NCBI GenBank assembly: GCA_964650355.1
Contig: CAZYTL010000009.1
Coordinates: 413 to 64,412, forward strand
Source of the DNA: an uncultured Gammaproteobacteria bacterium
GTDB lineage: Bacteria > Patescibacteriota > Microgenomatia > CAYXHB01 > CAZYTL01
Direction: 5' to 3'
Length of the DNA: 64,000 nucleotides
The notes under the pieces are model-generated. The model searched no databases. It was not told where the DNA came from and saw only the letters and a list, made by a program, of their open reading frames with translations. Positions 18,686-28,272 of this stretch are shown here, piece after piece. Within the stretch, counting starts at the first letter, position 1, and each line of letters opens with the position of its first letter. The position numbers and the translations under genes were made by a program.

Positions 18686-19023
18686 TTTTTAACTAATTGG
18701 TTAACAATTTTAACTATTTTTTCGCGAATTTGTCGGTCATCAACGCTGCGACTGCGGTTGTCTTGTGATGGACGGAGATTAATCATGGAGTCAAATTCAA
18801 GCCAATCAGCTCCTTTTAGGTCAGGATAAAGATTAATTCCCCATAAGTCCTGTTGCTGGGACCCCCTTTCAAGTAAAAACCCCTCCTCGTCCGCATGTAA
18901 ATCGGCGTCTATAACCATGATTCTTTTGTTCACATCGACCACGGCTTTTACCAGATCACCAAAGCGTTGTTTTGCGAGCTGCTTAAGTTCATTCAGGCTA
19001 ATTGGTTTGTCGATCAGTTTCAT
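18682..19023 (-). CDS. DUF5674 family protein
   Basis: VKAVVDV, LHADEE, GSQQQDLWGINLYP, FDSMINLRPSQ. Confidence 0.8.
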   Translation of the reverse strand: MKLIDKPISLNELKQLAKQRFGDLVKAVVDVNKRIMVIDADLHADEEGFLLERGSQQQDLWGINLYPDLKGADWLEFDSMINLRPSQDNRSRSVDDRQIREKIVKIVNQLVKK

Positions 19024-19154
19024 AATCAGAGTATAACATTTTATAATTGACAATTTTTCAAGATGCGACTCTTTGATTATCGAAATTGCTTTTTACAGAT
19101 TGTTCATAATTACTTCACTTAATGAAATTGATTTGGTGGTATATAATTTAATTA

Positions 19155-19643
19155 ATGAAATTGCTTGCCCTACTGGTAATGCTTACGTTTTTGTTTTTGA
19201 GCACTTCGACGAGTTATGCTGACGTTCGCAATGTGGTCAGAATAAACAGTGATACAGATGGCGGGGATTCGAGTGTCAAGGTTAACATCAATAACCAGGT
19301 CAATACCAATAGCTCTTCAAATAGTAAAAGTGAGACTAATGTCTCCGTTCACCAATCCGGCGAAGGCCAGGCTAATGTGAAAATAAACGGCCAGGAGTAT
19401 AGCTTGGATGGTCCCGGAGATTTAAACGTTAATAAGACGGGGCCGACAAAGACAGACTTAACTCCCACGCCTACGGTGACCAAAACGGCTGAAGAAGATG
19501 GTTCAGGAGTGACAGAGAAACAGATAGAACAAGTCACTGATAGTACTTCACCTACTGTTCAGCTGGAGAGAATTAAAAACAAGATCGATCAACTGGTGCA
19601 ATTGATGCGTTCCTTAGTTAGTCGACTGGCCAATATCTTTTAA
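19155..19643 (+). CDS. Secreted hypothetical protein
   Basis: Signal peptide; S/N/T-rich body; C-terminal amphipathic helix. Confidence 0.6.
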   Translation: MKLLALLVMLTFLFLSTSTSYADVRNVVRINSDTDGGDSSVKVNINNQVNTNSSSNSKSETNVSVHQSGEGQANVKINGQEYSLDGPGDLNVNKTGPTKTDLTPTPTVTKTAEEDGSGVTEKQIEQVTDSTSPTVQLERIKNKIDQLVQLMRSLVSRLANIF

Positions 19644-19698
19644 AGTTCATTTACTGGTATTGAGTCAGATGTTAATCTTGATGGTAGAATAGTTTTTA

Positions 19699-20487
19699 GT
19701 GTTGGGATCAGAAAGAAATTATATCTGGATAGGGATCTGTTTAGCCATTTTGGTGTCCTTGGTAAGCGATGCTGTTCTGTTCTATAAGTTTGTGAAGATT
19801 AAGCAGCAGGTTATTGATCAACCAAGAGCTCCCGTGAAGGTAACGCCACTCAGCAGGGTTCCGACTCCGATTTCTTCCCTCATTACTACTAAGTCTCCAA
19901 CCCCAACTCTAACTCTGTCTATTAAGCCCACAGCCACTCCGACTCAAACGCCAGCTAACAAGCCGGCAACATTAAATAAAGACGAAGGCAGCCAGCAATT
20001 TTACGTGACTTTTTACGGATGGCCTGATAATTCTCCTCCCGGGAATAAAATAGCCTATCCGAAAAGCCTATTTCCTGGCGCGATTCACGAGACTGCAGGA
20101 GGGTTGGGCACTTACCAAGACCCGATTACTTTTGCATCTGATCCGGAGAGAATATCTGTAGGTTCGATTTTTTATGCGCCTTATTTAAAGAAGTATATAG
20201 TGATGGAAGATTATTGTACCAGTTGTGTAAATCATTCCAGAGATCATTTGGATATCTGGATGGAAAGTCGAGATGAATTTGTAGATCAGTTGTTCAACTG
20301 CCAGGGAAGAAGGACCAGAAGATCTGTTGAAATAATAACTTCTCCGAGTAACCATCTGCCCGTCGATCCCAGGCCGTTGTTTAATTTGTCCACTGGGGAG
20401 TGCTTGCAAGTTAGCGGCATTTTATCAGTCTACAGGTTTGAGTTTGTAACTCTAAATTTTATGCTTCTGCATAATGGAATAAATTAG
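19699..20487 (+). CDS. Membrane-anchored protein with 3D/double-psi barrel-like domain
   Basis: TFYGWPDNSPPG, GTYQDPITFAS, MEDYC..C, HLDIW; P/T linker. Confidence 0.55.
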   Translation: MLGSERNYIWIGICLAILVSLVSDAVLFYKFVKIKQQVIDQPRAPVKVTPLSRVPTPISSLITTKSPTPTLTLSIKPTATPTQTPANKPATLNKDEGSQQFYVTFYGWPDNSPPGNKIAYPKSLFPGAIHETAGGLGTYQDPITFASDPERISVGSIFYAPYLKKYIVMEDYCTSCVNHSRDHLDIWMESRDEFVDQLFNCQGRRTRRSVEIITSPSNHLPVDPRPLFNLSTGECLQVSGILSVYRFEFVTLNFMLLHNGIN

Positions 20488-20547
20488 GTTACTGGCCTTA
20501 TGAAAGTAATTGTGGATAATGACACTTCTGAAACAGGGAGTTAAATT

Positions 20548-21357
20548 TTACTTATCATTTTTCCCGAATGATATACTTGCGTATCTACCTTCTATTTCTT
20601 GCGTGAGGATCTTTCTAGAAATATTTCCGTCTAGCCCATCAGCCACACCTCTAAGTGAGATGGGGGGGCTGACATGAACTGTGACATTTTTTGGCGTAAA
20701 GAGTTTATTTCCGTAATTTCCGTCTCCATCAAAAGACACAAATTGGATATATGCGTCTTCGCCTTTTCTAAGTTCGGTAAGTACTTTTTCAGACAAAAAT
20801 CCAATTCCACTAGACCACCTTTTATCTTCAGGTTCAAAAACTGCGACATTATCACCTGATGCAACGAATTTCGCGGCGATAATGAGCGCTACCCTGTTTC
20901 TCTTTATCATCTCTAGTAAGCTGCCAGAGGGTAAGGCTTTTTCAATCATCTTACCACCTATTTTATCTATACGCTTCAGCCCATCATACCGACTTTGGTC
21001 GTATTTTATTCCAACCGGTATCATATGTGGTTTCAGATAATCTGGAACAATGGCTAAAAATTCCTCTCTTCCTATCATTCTCAAACGCGAAGCGTTTTCG
21101 CCTGCTGTTGCTACTAAAACAAAAGGGTCTAGTCGCCAAGAGGGATGGTTAGCAACGAAAATGGTTCTACCTTCATTTAATGTTCCTTCGACATTTATAC
21201 GGGTTTTAAGTCTACCAAGGACAATTTTACTTATCTCGTTTAAAGATTTATCTTTAAGTCTTGAAGTTGCCCAGCCTGAAATCCTAATGATGGTAGGAGA
21301 ATACCGATCTGTAACCTGGTGCTGTAAGTTTAATAAACTTTTTTCTACCTCGGACAT
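20548..21357 (-). CDS. PlsC-like acyltransferase, divergent
   Basis: IFVANHPSWRLDP (HX5D); VAVFEPE resembles FPEG; VTVHVSPPI. Confidence 0.55.
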   Translation of the reverse strand: MSEVEKSLLNLQHQVTDRYSPTIIRISGWATSRLKDKSLNEISKIVLGRLKTRINVEGTLNEGRTIFVANHPSWRLDPFVLVATAGENASRLRMIGREEFLAIVPDYLKPHMIPVGIKYDQSRYDGLKRIDKIGGKMIEKALPSGSLLEMIKRNRVALIIAAKFVASGDNVAVFEPEDKRWSSGIGFLSEKVLTELRKGEDAYIQFVSFDGDGNYGNKLFTPKNVTVHVSPPISLRGVADGLDGNISRKILTQEIEGRYASISFGKNDK

Positions 21358-21447
21358 TAAATTGTTTTTACAGTTATTCTTAGTTATTTGTTTTTAAATT
21401 AACCTAAATACAGGTGATATTTAAGTCAGAGGCAGATTATGATTTAT

Positions 21448-21471
21448 TTATGAGGGCAGTTGGGGATAGTG
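21448..21471 (-). repeat. Synonymously recoded second copy of the last 7 secA codons plus stop
   Basis: CAC TAT CCC CAA CTG CCC TCA TAA versus secA CAT TAT CCA CAA CTT CCA TCA TAA (both HYPQLPS*). Confidence 0.85.
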
Positions 21472-21499
21472 GCCCGGCCAGAGGCGGATCATTAACTCT

Positions 21500-24340
21500 T
21501 TATGATGGAAGTTGTGGATAATGACACTTTTTCCACTTTTTGCCTGAGCCGCACCAGCAGGGGTCGTTGCGGCCGATTTTTTTGGTGACCACGGTTTGCT
21601 GGGAACCTTTGTGTGAAGTTTTGCTTGGGTCTGAGGAGGCTCTGACCCCGGACATGGCAGAAGCAAAGGATGAGAGATCGGTTTTCGGTTGTCTGCGGCC
21701 GGTTTCCGGTTGCTTTTTAACAGGACCTTGACTAGGCTGTGCGGGGGCTTGTTCTGCTTGTTCGGCAAGATCAAGGCTTTCGTGTACGGTTTGGGCTTGG
21801 TCAAGAGAGAGGGCAGGTTGAGGGATCTGCAATTGGATTTGGGTGCGGAGAATGCGGCGGATGAGTTGATAATCAATCTGGCTCATCAAGCGTTCAAACA
21901 TGGAAAAAGCTTCTTGTTTGTATTCATTTAAGGGATCTCTTTGGCCGTAACCTCTTAAACCAATACCTTCCCGCAAATCATCAATAGCATCCAGGTGGTC
22001 CATCCACAAACGGTCAATGACGGAACGCTGGGTGGCGCGTTCCATCTGGCGCATGATTTCAGGAGAGACTTCTTTTTCTTTTTCTTCGTAGGCCTTTTCG
22101 ACTTGACTGAACAGCTCTTGTTTGACTTCTTGAGCTTCGGGTTGGGATTCGATGAGGTCGCGAACTTGGTCCATTTGTTGATGGTCCATGGGCATCAGTT
22201 CGGCCACGGTGGTAACTAGCTGGTCGATTTCTTTGGCCACAAATCCCTGCGGGGCATAAAGGGTGACCATTTGGTCGATTTCGTTTTGGGCTTTTTCTAG
22301 TATTTCGGGTTTGAATTCAACTTCCTCCAAGGTGCGTTGACGCAAATCATAGATGATCTCCCGTTGTTTGTTCATGACGTCATCGTATTCAACTAAGTGT
22401 TTGCGCTGGTCAAAATGGAAGCCTTCGACTTTAACCTGAGCCTGTTCGATTGATTTAGAGACCAGGTTTGATTCAATGGGTTGATCTTCCGGCAGTTTCA
22501 AAGCAGTCATCAGGTTGGCGATTTGTTCTCCGCCGAACAGGCGCATGATGTCGTCGTTTAAAGCCACGTAAAAGCGGCTGGCGCCGTGGTCTCCCTGTCT
22601 GCCTGACCGGCCGCGGAGCTGGTTGTCAATCCGACGGGATTCGTGGCGCTCAGTGCCGACTACCATTAATCCACCGGCTTCGATGACCTGGTCGTGTTTT
22701 TTTTGCCATTGCTGGAGATCTTTTTCGTATTGGGTTTGGGCTTTTTTGGTTTTGTCCTTAGGTTGCTCTGGTTTGGCCCCTCCCAAGACGATATCCACTC
22801 CCCGACCGGCAATATTGGTAGCCACGGTCACGGCTCCGGGTGCGCCTGCCTGGGCGATGATGGCGGCTTCTTTTTCATGGTTTTTAGCGTTTAATACCTG
22901 GTGCGGGACGCCCTTGTGTTTGAGTAATTCAGCAACGATTTCGTTTTTCTCAATTGACGTGGTGCCGACCAACACGGGCTGGCCTTTCTGGTGGAGTTCC
23001 GCTATTTGATTAGCAATAGCCCCGTATTTGGCCCGGGTGGTTTTGTAAACGACATCCGCATTGTCCTGGCGGACTACTGGTTTGTTGGTGGGGACGACCA
23101 CCACTTCCAATTCATAAATTTTGCGAAATTCTTCGGCTTCGGTGGCGGCAGTACCGGTCATGCCGGCCAGTTTCTGGTACATGCGGAAGTAATTCTGCAG
23201 TGAGATGGTGGCTAAAGTGCGGGATTCCTGTTGGATTTTGACTCCTTCTTTGGCCTCGACGGCCTGATGCATGCCTTCTGACCAACGCCGGCCAGGCATA
23301 AGCCTGCCGGTAAATTCATCAACGATCACGATTTGGTCGTCTTTGACAATGTATTCACGGTCTCGTAAATACAAGGTTTTTGCTCGCAAGGCATTTTCTA
23401 TGTGGTGAATAGTATCAAAATCTTTTTCGTAAAGGTTGTCTACTCCCAGAATTTTTTCCACTTTGCGAATGCCATGTTCGGTTAAGGCCGCGGATTTAAG
23501 TTTTTCATCTATGGTGTAGTCCGTATCACTGGAAAGACGGTTAACCAGTTGGTTGAATTGCAGGTATTTGTCAGTGGGTTCGGTATCAGGCATGGAAATA
23601 ATCAACGGAGTGCGAGCTTCGTCAACGAGAATGGAATCGACCTCGTCAACAATGGCAAAGTGGTGACCACGTTGGTTTTGGCGTTCAGGAGATTGGGCCA
23701 TGTTGTCGCGCAGGTAATCGAACCCGAATTCGGTATTGGTACCGTAGATGATGTCAGTTTCGTAAGCTTCTTTTCTGGTCACGGCTTTCAGGTGGCGCAG
23801 GCGTTCGTCATCGTGTTCCGGCTCAGTGTATTCAGGATCATAAAGCAAACCTCTGAGTCCCGGATCCTGGATGACTACGGCCACGGACATGCCCAGTAAA
23901 TTTAATACGGGACCGTTCCAACCAGCGTCCCGGCGGGCCAGGTAGTCGTTGACGGTCACCAAATGGCAGCCATTACCCTTAAGGGCATTCAAATACAAGG
24001 CCGGGATGGCAGAAAAAGTTTTACCTTCCCCTGTTTTCTGTTCAGCGATTTTGCCTTCATGAAGAGCAATGGCGGCAATCATCTGCACGTCGTACTGTCG
24101 GATGTCAATGGTTCTGTGGGAGGCTTCCCGGACCAAAGCAAAGGCTTCCGGCAGAATGTCGTCCAAGCTATCCCCTCTTTCCAGACGAAGTTTAAAGTCG
24201 GCTGTTTGGGCGGCAAAATCTTCCTGTTTGAGTTTTTCCATTTGCGGCTCCAGAGCATTGATTTGCTCCACGATTTTTTGCAACCGATTGAGTTCTTTTT
24301 GGTTGGTATCCAGTAATTTTTTAATGATATCGAATGCCAT
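21500..24340 (-). CDS. secA: Preprotein translocase ATPase SecA
   Basis: KTGEGKT, DEVDSILVDEARTPLIIS, RRIDNQLRGRSGRQGD, SEC-C motif GRNDPCWCGSGKKWKKCH. Confidence 0.98.
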   Translation of the reverse strand: MAFDIIKKLLDTNQKELNRLQKIVEQINALEPQMEKLKQEDFAAQTADFKLRLERGDSLDDILPEAFALVREASHRTIDIRQYDVQMIAAIALHEGKIAEQKTGEGKTFSAIPALYLNALKGNGCHLVTVNDYLARRDAGWNGPVLNLLGMSVAVVIQDPGLRGLLYDPEYTEPEHDDERLRHLKAVTRKEAYETDIIYGTNTEFGFDYLRDNMAQSPERQNQRGHHFAIVDEVDSILVDEARTPLIISMPDTEPTDKYLQFNQLVNRLSSDTDYTIDEKLKSAALTEHGIRKVEKILGVDNLYEKDFDTIHHIENALRAKTLYLRDREYIVKDDQIVIVDEFTGRLMPGRRWSEGMHQAVEAKEGVKIQQESRTLATISLQNYFRMYQKLAGMTGTAATEAEEFRKIYELEVVVVPTNKPVVRQDNADVVYKTTRAKYGAIANQIAELHQKGQPVLVGTTSIEKNEIVAELLKHKGVPHQVLNAKNHEKEAAIIAQAGAPGAVTVATNIAGRGVDIVLGGAKPEQPKDKTKKAQTQYEKDLQQWQKKHDQVIEAGGLMVVGTERHESRRIDNQLRGRSGRQGDHGASRFYVALNDDIMRLFGGEQIANLMTALKLPEDQPIESNLVSKSIEQAQVKVEGFHFDQRKHLVEYDDVMNKQREIIYDLRQRTLEEVEFKPEILEKAQNEIDQMVTLYAPQGFVAKEIDQLVTTVAELMPMDHQQMDQVRDLIESQPEAQEVKQELFSQVEKAYEEKEKEVSPEIMRQMERATQRSVIDRLWMDHLDAIDDLREGIGLRGYGQRDPLNEYKQEAFSMFERLMSQIDYQLIRRILRTQIQLQIPQPALSLDQAQTVHESLDLAEQAEQAPAQPSQGPVKKQPETGRRQPKTDLSSFASAMSGVRASSDPSKTSHKGSQQTVVTKKIGRNDPCWCGSGKKWKKCHYPQLPS

Positions 24341-24467
24341 GGTAAATGGTTAATCACGAATTTACTCGACTGTAAAACGAATAAGCACGAATGTCCAAAT
24401 AATGATTGGTAGCTAACAGTCAGATTATACTCGAGAAGTGCAGTTTAGAACAGGGTAGGAACCTTTC

Positions 24468-25070
24468 TTAACCCAAAAACAGCTTACGGAGTTCAGCCAT
24501 TTTTTCGGGGACATATTTGGCCTCTAAAAAGTCATTCCTTATTTCTATTTCCTGGAAATTTTTTTGTAAGATCATTTCGGAAAATTGGTCAAAAGAAACC
24601 GCTTTGATGGTGATTTTCTCACCCTGATCGGGTTGGGGAGGACCAACTTTAATGCAACCTTTGGCAATAAATGTGTAAACTACCCAATCGAATTTGGTTG
24701 AGGGGTAAAAGGCATGCCAAAGGTGAAAAGATTTTGCCCGATAGCCTGTTTCTTCTAACAATTCCCGTTGAGCAGCTTCCAAAACCTGTTCGTCTTTCTC
24801 AATTCTGCCCACAGCAATTCCCCAATAGGGTTGTCTGCCGGGTTGCTTTTGATGGGTAACCACAATTTTATTGTCAACGGTTACCGGAATAATGGCGGAG
24901 GAATCGTTTCTTTTTAACTTTTCAAAAGTCTGGTAGCTGCCATCGTACATTTTCTGCTGCCATTGGTAAACTTCAAAAATCACCCCTTTGAAGACGCGCT
25001 TGGCATGGGGGGGAATGGGTTGTTTGGACCGAGGACGATTAATGGTCACTTTTTCCACAGGTTTTTCCAT
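24468..25070 (-). CDS. NUDIX hydrolase, ADP-ribose pyrophosphatase-like
   Basis: GRIEKDEQVLEAAQRELLEETGY. Confidence 0.85.
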   Translation of the reverse strand: MEKPVEKVTINRPRSKQPIPPHAKRVFKGVIFEVYQWQQKMYDGSYQTFEKLKRNDSSAIIPVTVDNKIVVTHQKQPGRQPYWGIAVGRIEKDEQVLEAAQRELLEETGYRAKSFHLWHAFYPSTKFDWVVYTFIAKGCIKVGPPQPDQGEKITIKAVSFDQFSEMILQKNFQEIEIRNDFLEAKYVPEKMAELRKLFLG

Positions 25071-25585
25071 TCTTTGGAGTACTCTTTGGCTAAGACCCAA
25101 ATAACTACTAAATCTAACAATGCAATCAATAGCCGGGCTCCCAGGCTGGATTGATAATAGCGGATAGTGATTTTAGCCCGGTAGGGCGTGCCCTGAAAAG
25201 CGATCTGGTCGTCCTCAGGTCCGGGTTCGTAGCCATTGACATACAATGATTCGCGAAACGGATAAACGATTTCTTCCAGATAGTTGCTCAAGGTTTGATC
25301 CGCAATATAGGTAAAAGCATCTTCTGGAGGATAATTCAATCGATACGAAGGGATGAAGGCAAAAATGCCGGGATGCCTGAATTGTTGCTGGTAATAGGCC
25401 ATGACTTGCTGGCGGGACAGATTGGTAAAGTAGGCGCGGAAATGGTCCGGATCCCGTAAGTCTCCTGGTTCTTGAGACTGAGGGGAATCAGGCAGGGGGT
25501 CAGGAAAGCGAGGTGCCGGAATGAGGAGATAGAGGAAAAAGAGGCCAACAATAATGATGAGGATAATGCGGAAGATTTTGGACAT
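25046..25585 (-). CDS. Conserved membrane protein (two terminal TM helices)
   Basis: QSQEPGD, RAYFTN, RLNYPPE, LEEIVYPFRESLYVNG. Confidence 0.7.
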   Translation of the reverse strand: MSKIFRIILIIIVGLFFLYLLIPAPRFPDPLPDSPQSQEPGDLRDPDHFRAYFTNLSRQQVMAYYQQQFRHPGIFAFIPSYRLNYPPEDAFTYIADQTLSNYLEEIVYPFRESLYVNGYEPGPEDDQIAFQGTPYRAKITIRYYQSSLGARLLIALLDLVVIWVLAKEYSKEWKNLWKK

Positions 25586-25641
25586 AGTAATCTTGTTAAA
25601 CGGTTAATTTCTCTTTACTTAGTATAGTATGATTATATTAC

Positions 25642-26733
25642 ATGATAAAACCGGAATTAATCGCAGAATTTAAACGCCAACTACCTGAAAATCAGTTGAA
25701 ACTGAATGAGCCGTTAGCTCCTTACACCACGCTAAAGATCGGCGGCCCGGCGGAATTGTTTTTCGTTGCCCGTTCGGGAGAAGAATTAGCGAAAGCCGTA
25801 AAGTTGGCACGAAAATTAAAGATAGATTGGGTGGTATTAGGCGGAGGAAGTAATGTATTAATTTCCGACCACGGATTTAAAGGTCTGGTGATTATAAATC
25901 AGACAAAAGAGATTGAAATTGTTGGTGAATCACCTGAAACAAAGGCTCAGGGATCCAAAGCCAGTGAAGTGGACAGACACGAACATGCGGTGGTTAAAGG
26001 CAAAGATTATGCGATTAAGTTTGATGATCTGGATTATGATGAATCGCATTTACCCGGAATGCTGGTGAAAGTGGATTCGGGGGTCAATCTCAGTTATTTA
26101 ATCAGTTGGGCTCTGGCGCACGGGTTAACTGGGTTGCAATGGTTCAACCGGATTCCCGGAACAGTAGGCGGAGCCGTGTTCAATAATATCCATGGCGGGG
26201 CCCACTATTTGGAAGAGTTGATTCAAGAGGTTCAGGTTTTGACTGAAGCGGGTAAATTAAAGAATTTGTCAAAAGCCGATTTGGGACTGGGATATGACAA
26301 AACGAGATTTCACGGAACTAAAGATATTATTCTTGGAGTGATTTTAAGGTTATACAAAGGAGATGTGGAAAGAGCCAAAAAGATAGCGATGGAGTGGGCA
26401 ACCAGGAAAGCAGTGCAACCAAGAAATTCCGCCGGATGTACTTTTAAGAATATCTCTCAGGCAGATCGAGAAAAACTCGGTTATCCCACCACCAGTATCG
26501 GATATATTATTGAGTGGGTGCTGAAATGGACCAATAAAAAAATCGGCGATGCCAGAATTTACGATAAGCATCATGCGTTTATTGTCAACGACGGACACGC
26601 CACGGCAGAGGATGTACTCACTTTAATTAAACAAATTAAAGCGGAAACGAAGAAAAAGACCGGAGTGGATATCGAACCAGAAATTTTCTTTGTGGGATTT
26701 GATGAAGAGGAATTAAAAGGAGTAACCCATTAA
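25642..26733 (+). CDS. murB: UDP-N-acetylenolpyruvoylglucosamine reductase
   Basis: TTLKIGGPA, GGGSNVL, IPGTVGGA, SAGCTFKN, HHAFIVN, IEPE; about 45-aa insertion. Confidence 0.92.
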   Translation: MIKPELIAEFKRQLPENQLKLNEPLAPYTTLKIGGPAELFFVARSGEELAKAVKLARKLKIDWVVLGGGSNVLISDHGFKGLVIINQTKEIEIVGESPETKAQGSKASEVDRHEHAVVKGKDYAIKFDDLDYDESHLPGMLVKVDSGVNLSYLISWALAHGLTGLQWFNRIPGTVGGAVFNNIHGGAHYLEELIQEVQVLTEAGKLKNLSKADLGLGYDKTRFHGTKDIILGVILRLYKGDVERAKKIAMEWATRKAVQPRNSAGCTFKNISQADREKLGYPTTSIGYIIEWVLKWTNKKIGDARIYDKHHAFIVNDGHATAEDVLTLIKQIKAETKKKTGVDIEPEIFFVGFDEEELKGVTH

Positions 26734-26741
26734 GTTTAACG

Positions 26742-28049
26742 ATGAGTAAACGGATAATTATCAATGGCCCGAGTAAATTAAAAGGAGAAGTTCATGTTCA
26801 GGGGGCCAAGAATTCGGCCATGAAACTGGTTCTCCTGCCATTATTAACCAATGACAGGTTTGTCTTAAAAAATATTCCCCAGATAGGAAGCATTCACAAC
26901 CTGCTGAAAATTGTCCAACTTCAGGGGGCCAGCATTAACTGGACTGACGATCACACGGTAGAAATTGACACTCGAAAGGTTAAGCAACCTCAGACTATTC
27001 CTGCGGATTTGTTCTATTACACCAGCGCGGCGGTCTTTTTCTTCCCGATTCTAGCTTCTCGGTTTGGCAAATGTAGAGTGGAAGTGGTCTCGAAACGCCA
27101 AGATACTGGAGGGGATCAACTCGGCACCCGGACCTTTGATCGAATTTTTAATGATTTGAATAACATGGGATTTAAAATTACTCAGAGAAAAAATTTAATT
27201 GAGGTCAGATTAGTATCAGATAAACCCTTTGTTTACGATGTTCCGGTGGCATCTTTTTCCTCCAGTGTAATTGCGGTGATTTGCGCGCTATTCAAGGATG
27301 GACAAAGCCGAATCACTAATGTATCTGGCGAGGCTGAATTTGATGACATGGTAAATTTCTTAATTGCTGCCGGAGCAAAGATAAAGAAGCATAATGATCA
27401 ATTAACTATTAAGGGAAAATCCTCTCTTAAAGGTATTAAATACGAAAATATGCCGGACAGACATGACTTTGTCACCTGGTTGAGTGCGGCTTTGACTACT
27501 AATTCCAGACTAAAAATTACTGGGGTAAATTATCAAAAAATGAAACTTGATGCTCTGGACTCTGTTGCCCGACAAATGGGATTGGCGTTGAAATTTCATA
27601 AAGATGAATGTGTGATTCGACCGCAACTAAAACGACTCAATCCGGTGAGTATGATCGCCGGGATTTATCCAGAGTTTATTACGGAATGGCAAGTATTGTT
27701 TGCTCCATTGCTAACCCAAATTAAAGGCACCTCTCGAGTGGTGGAGTGCGTTTACGAAAATCGTCTGTCTCACTGGGAGGAGCTTAAAAAAATGGGAGCC
27801 GAAGTTGAATATTTTTTCTATCCGAATATGCAACCCAATCCGCGTGCGGTGAGGATTAAAGGGCCTCAAAGTCTTAAGGGCGCAAAAGTTGATGCACGGG
27901 ACGTGCGCACTGGAGCAGCTCTGGTGATTGCTGGTTTGGCCAGCCACGGAACAACTACGATCGAGAATGTCGACCATATTCACAGGGGATACGAACGCCT
28001 GGTGGAGAGGATCCAAGGCTTAGGCGGAGATATCAAATACTCAGATTAA
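26742..28049 (+). CDS. murA: UDP-N-acetylglucosamine 1-carboxyvinyltransferase, divergent
   Basis: GAKNS, GGDQLGTR, VYENRL, DVRTGAALVIAGL, HIHRGYE. Confidence 0.85.
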   Translation: MSKRIIINGPSKLKGEVHVQGAKNSAMKLVLLPLLTNDRFVLKNIPQIGSIHNLLKIVQLQGASINWTDDHTVEIDTRKVKQPQTIPADLFYYTSAAVFFFPILASRFGKCRVEVVSKRQDTGGDQLGTRTFDRIFNDLNNMGFKITQRKNLIEVRLVSDKPFVYDVPVASFSSSVIAVICALFKDGQSRITNVSGEAEFDDMVNFLIAAGAKIKKHNDQLTIKGKSSLKGIKYENMPDRHDFVTWLSAALTTNSRLKITGVNYQKMKLDALDSVARQMGLALKFHKDECVIRPQLKRLNPVSMIAGIYPEFITEWQVLFAPLLTQIKGTSRVVECVYENRLSHWEELKKMGAEVEYFFYPNMQPNPRAVRIKGPQSLKGAKVDARDVRTGAALVIAGLASHGTTTIENVDHIHRGYERLVERIQGLGGDIKYSD

Positions 28050-28135
28050 AAGGGATGGTGTATCCTATTGATATAATGAGCAGTGGGCAACAGAAACGCA
28101 GGTCACAGACATTGTAGGGCTGAAAAATAGGATGA

Positions 28136-28201
28136 GGGTTGGGTTTGAAACAATCAAGACAAAGATATTCCTATTTACCTGAAGTGAAAACGTCTTCTAT
28201 A
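28136..28201 (+). pseudogene. Decayed internal fragment of an ftsW homologue
   Basis: Translates GLGLKQSRQRYSYLPEVKTSSI versus ftsW 29816-29881 GLGLGQSRQKYSYLPEVTTDSI. Confidence 0.8.
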
Positions 28202-28272
28202 CCTGAATAATAATATTAAGTAAGGACGAGATCGTTGCCAACAAATACTGAAATCGACTATACTCCTCAATT

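Noticed and set aside
21448-21876. 142-aa ORF overlapping the secA 3' end as a real gene or frameshift product
   Set aside because: It is an alternative frame of secA. Only its last 7 codons are meaningful, as the duplicated tail, and no convincing slippery site was seen.
21540-24357. Many antisense and alternative-frame ORFs within secA (likewise in ftsZ, ileS, dnaJ and the ABC permeases)
   Set aside because: Shadow ORFs of conserved genes with no recognisable motifs.
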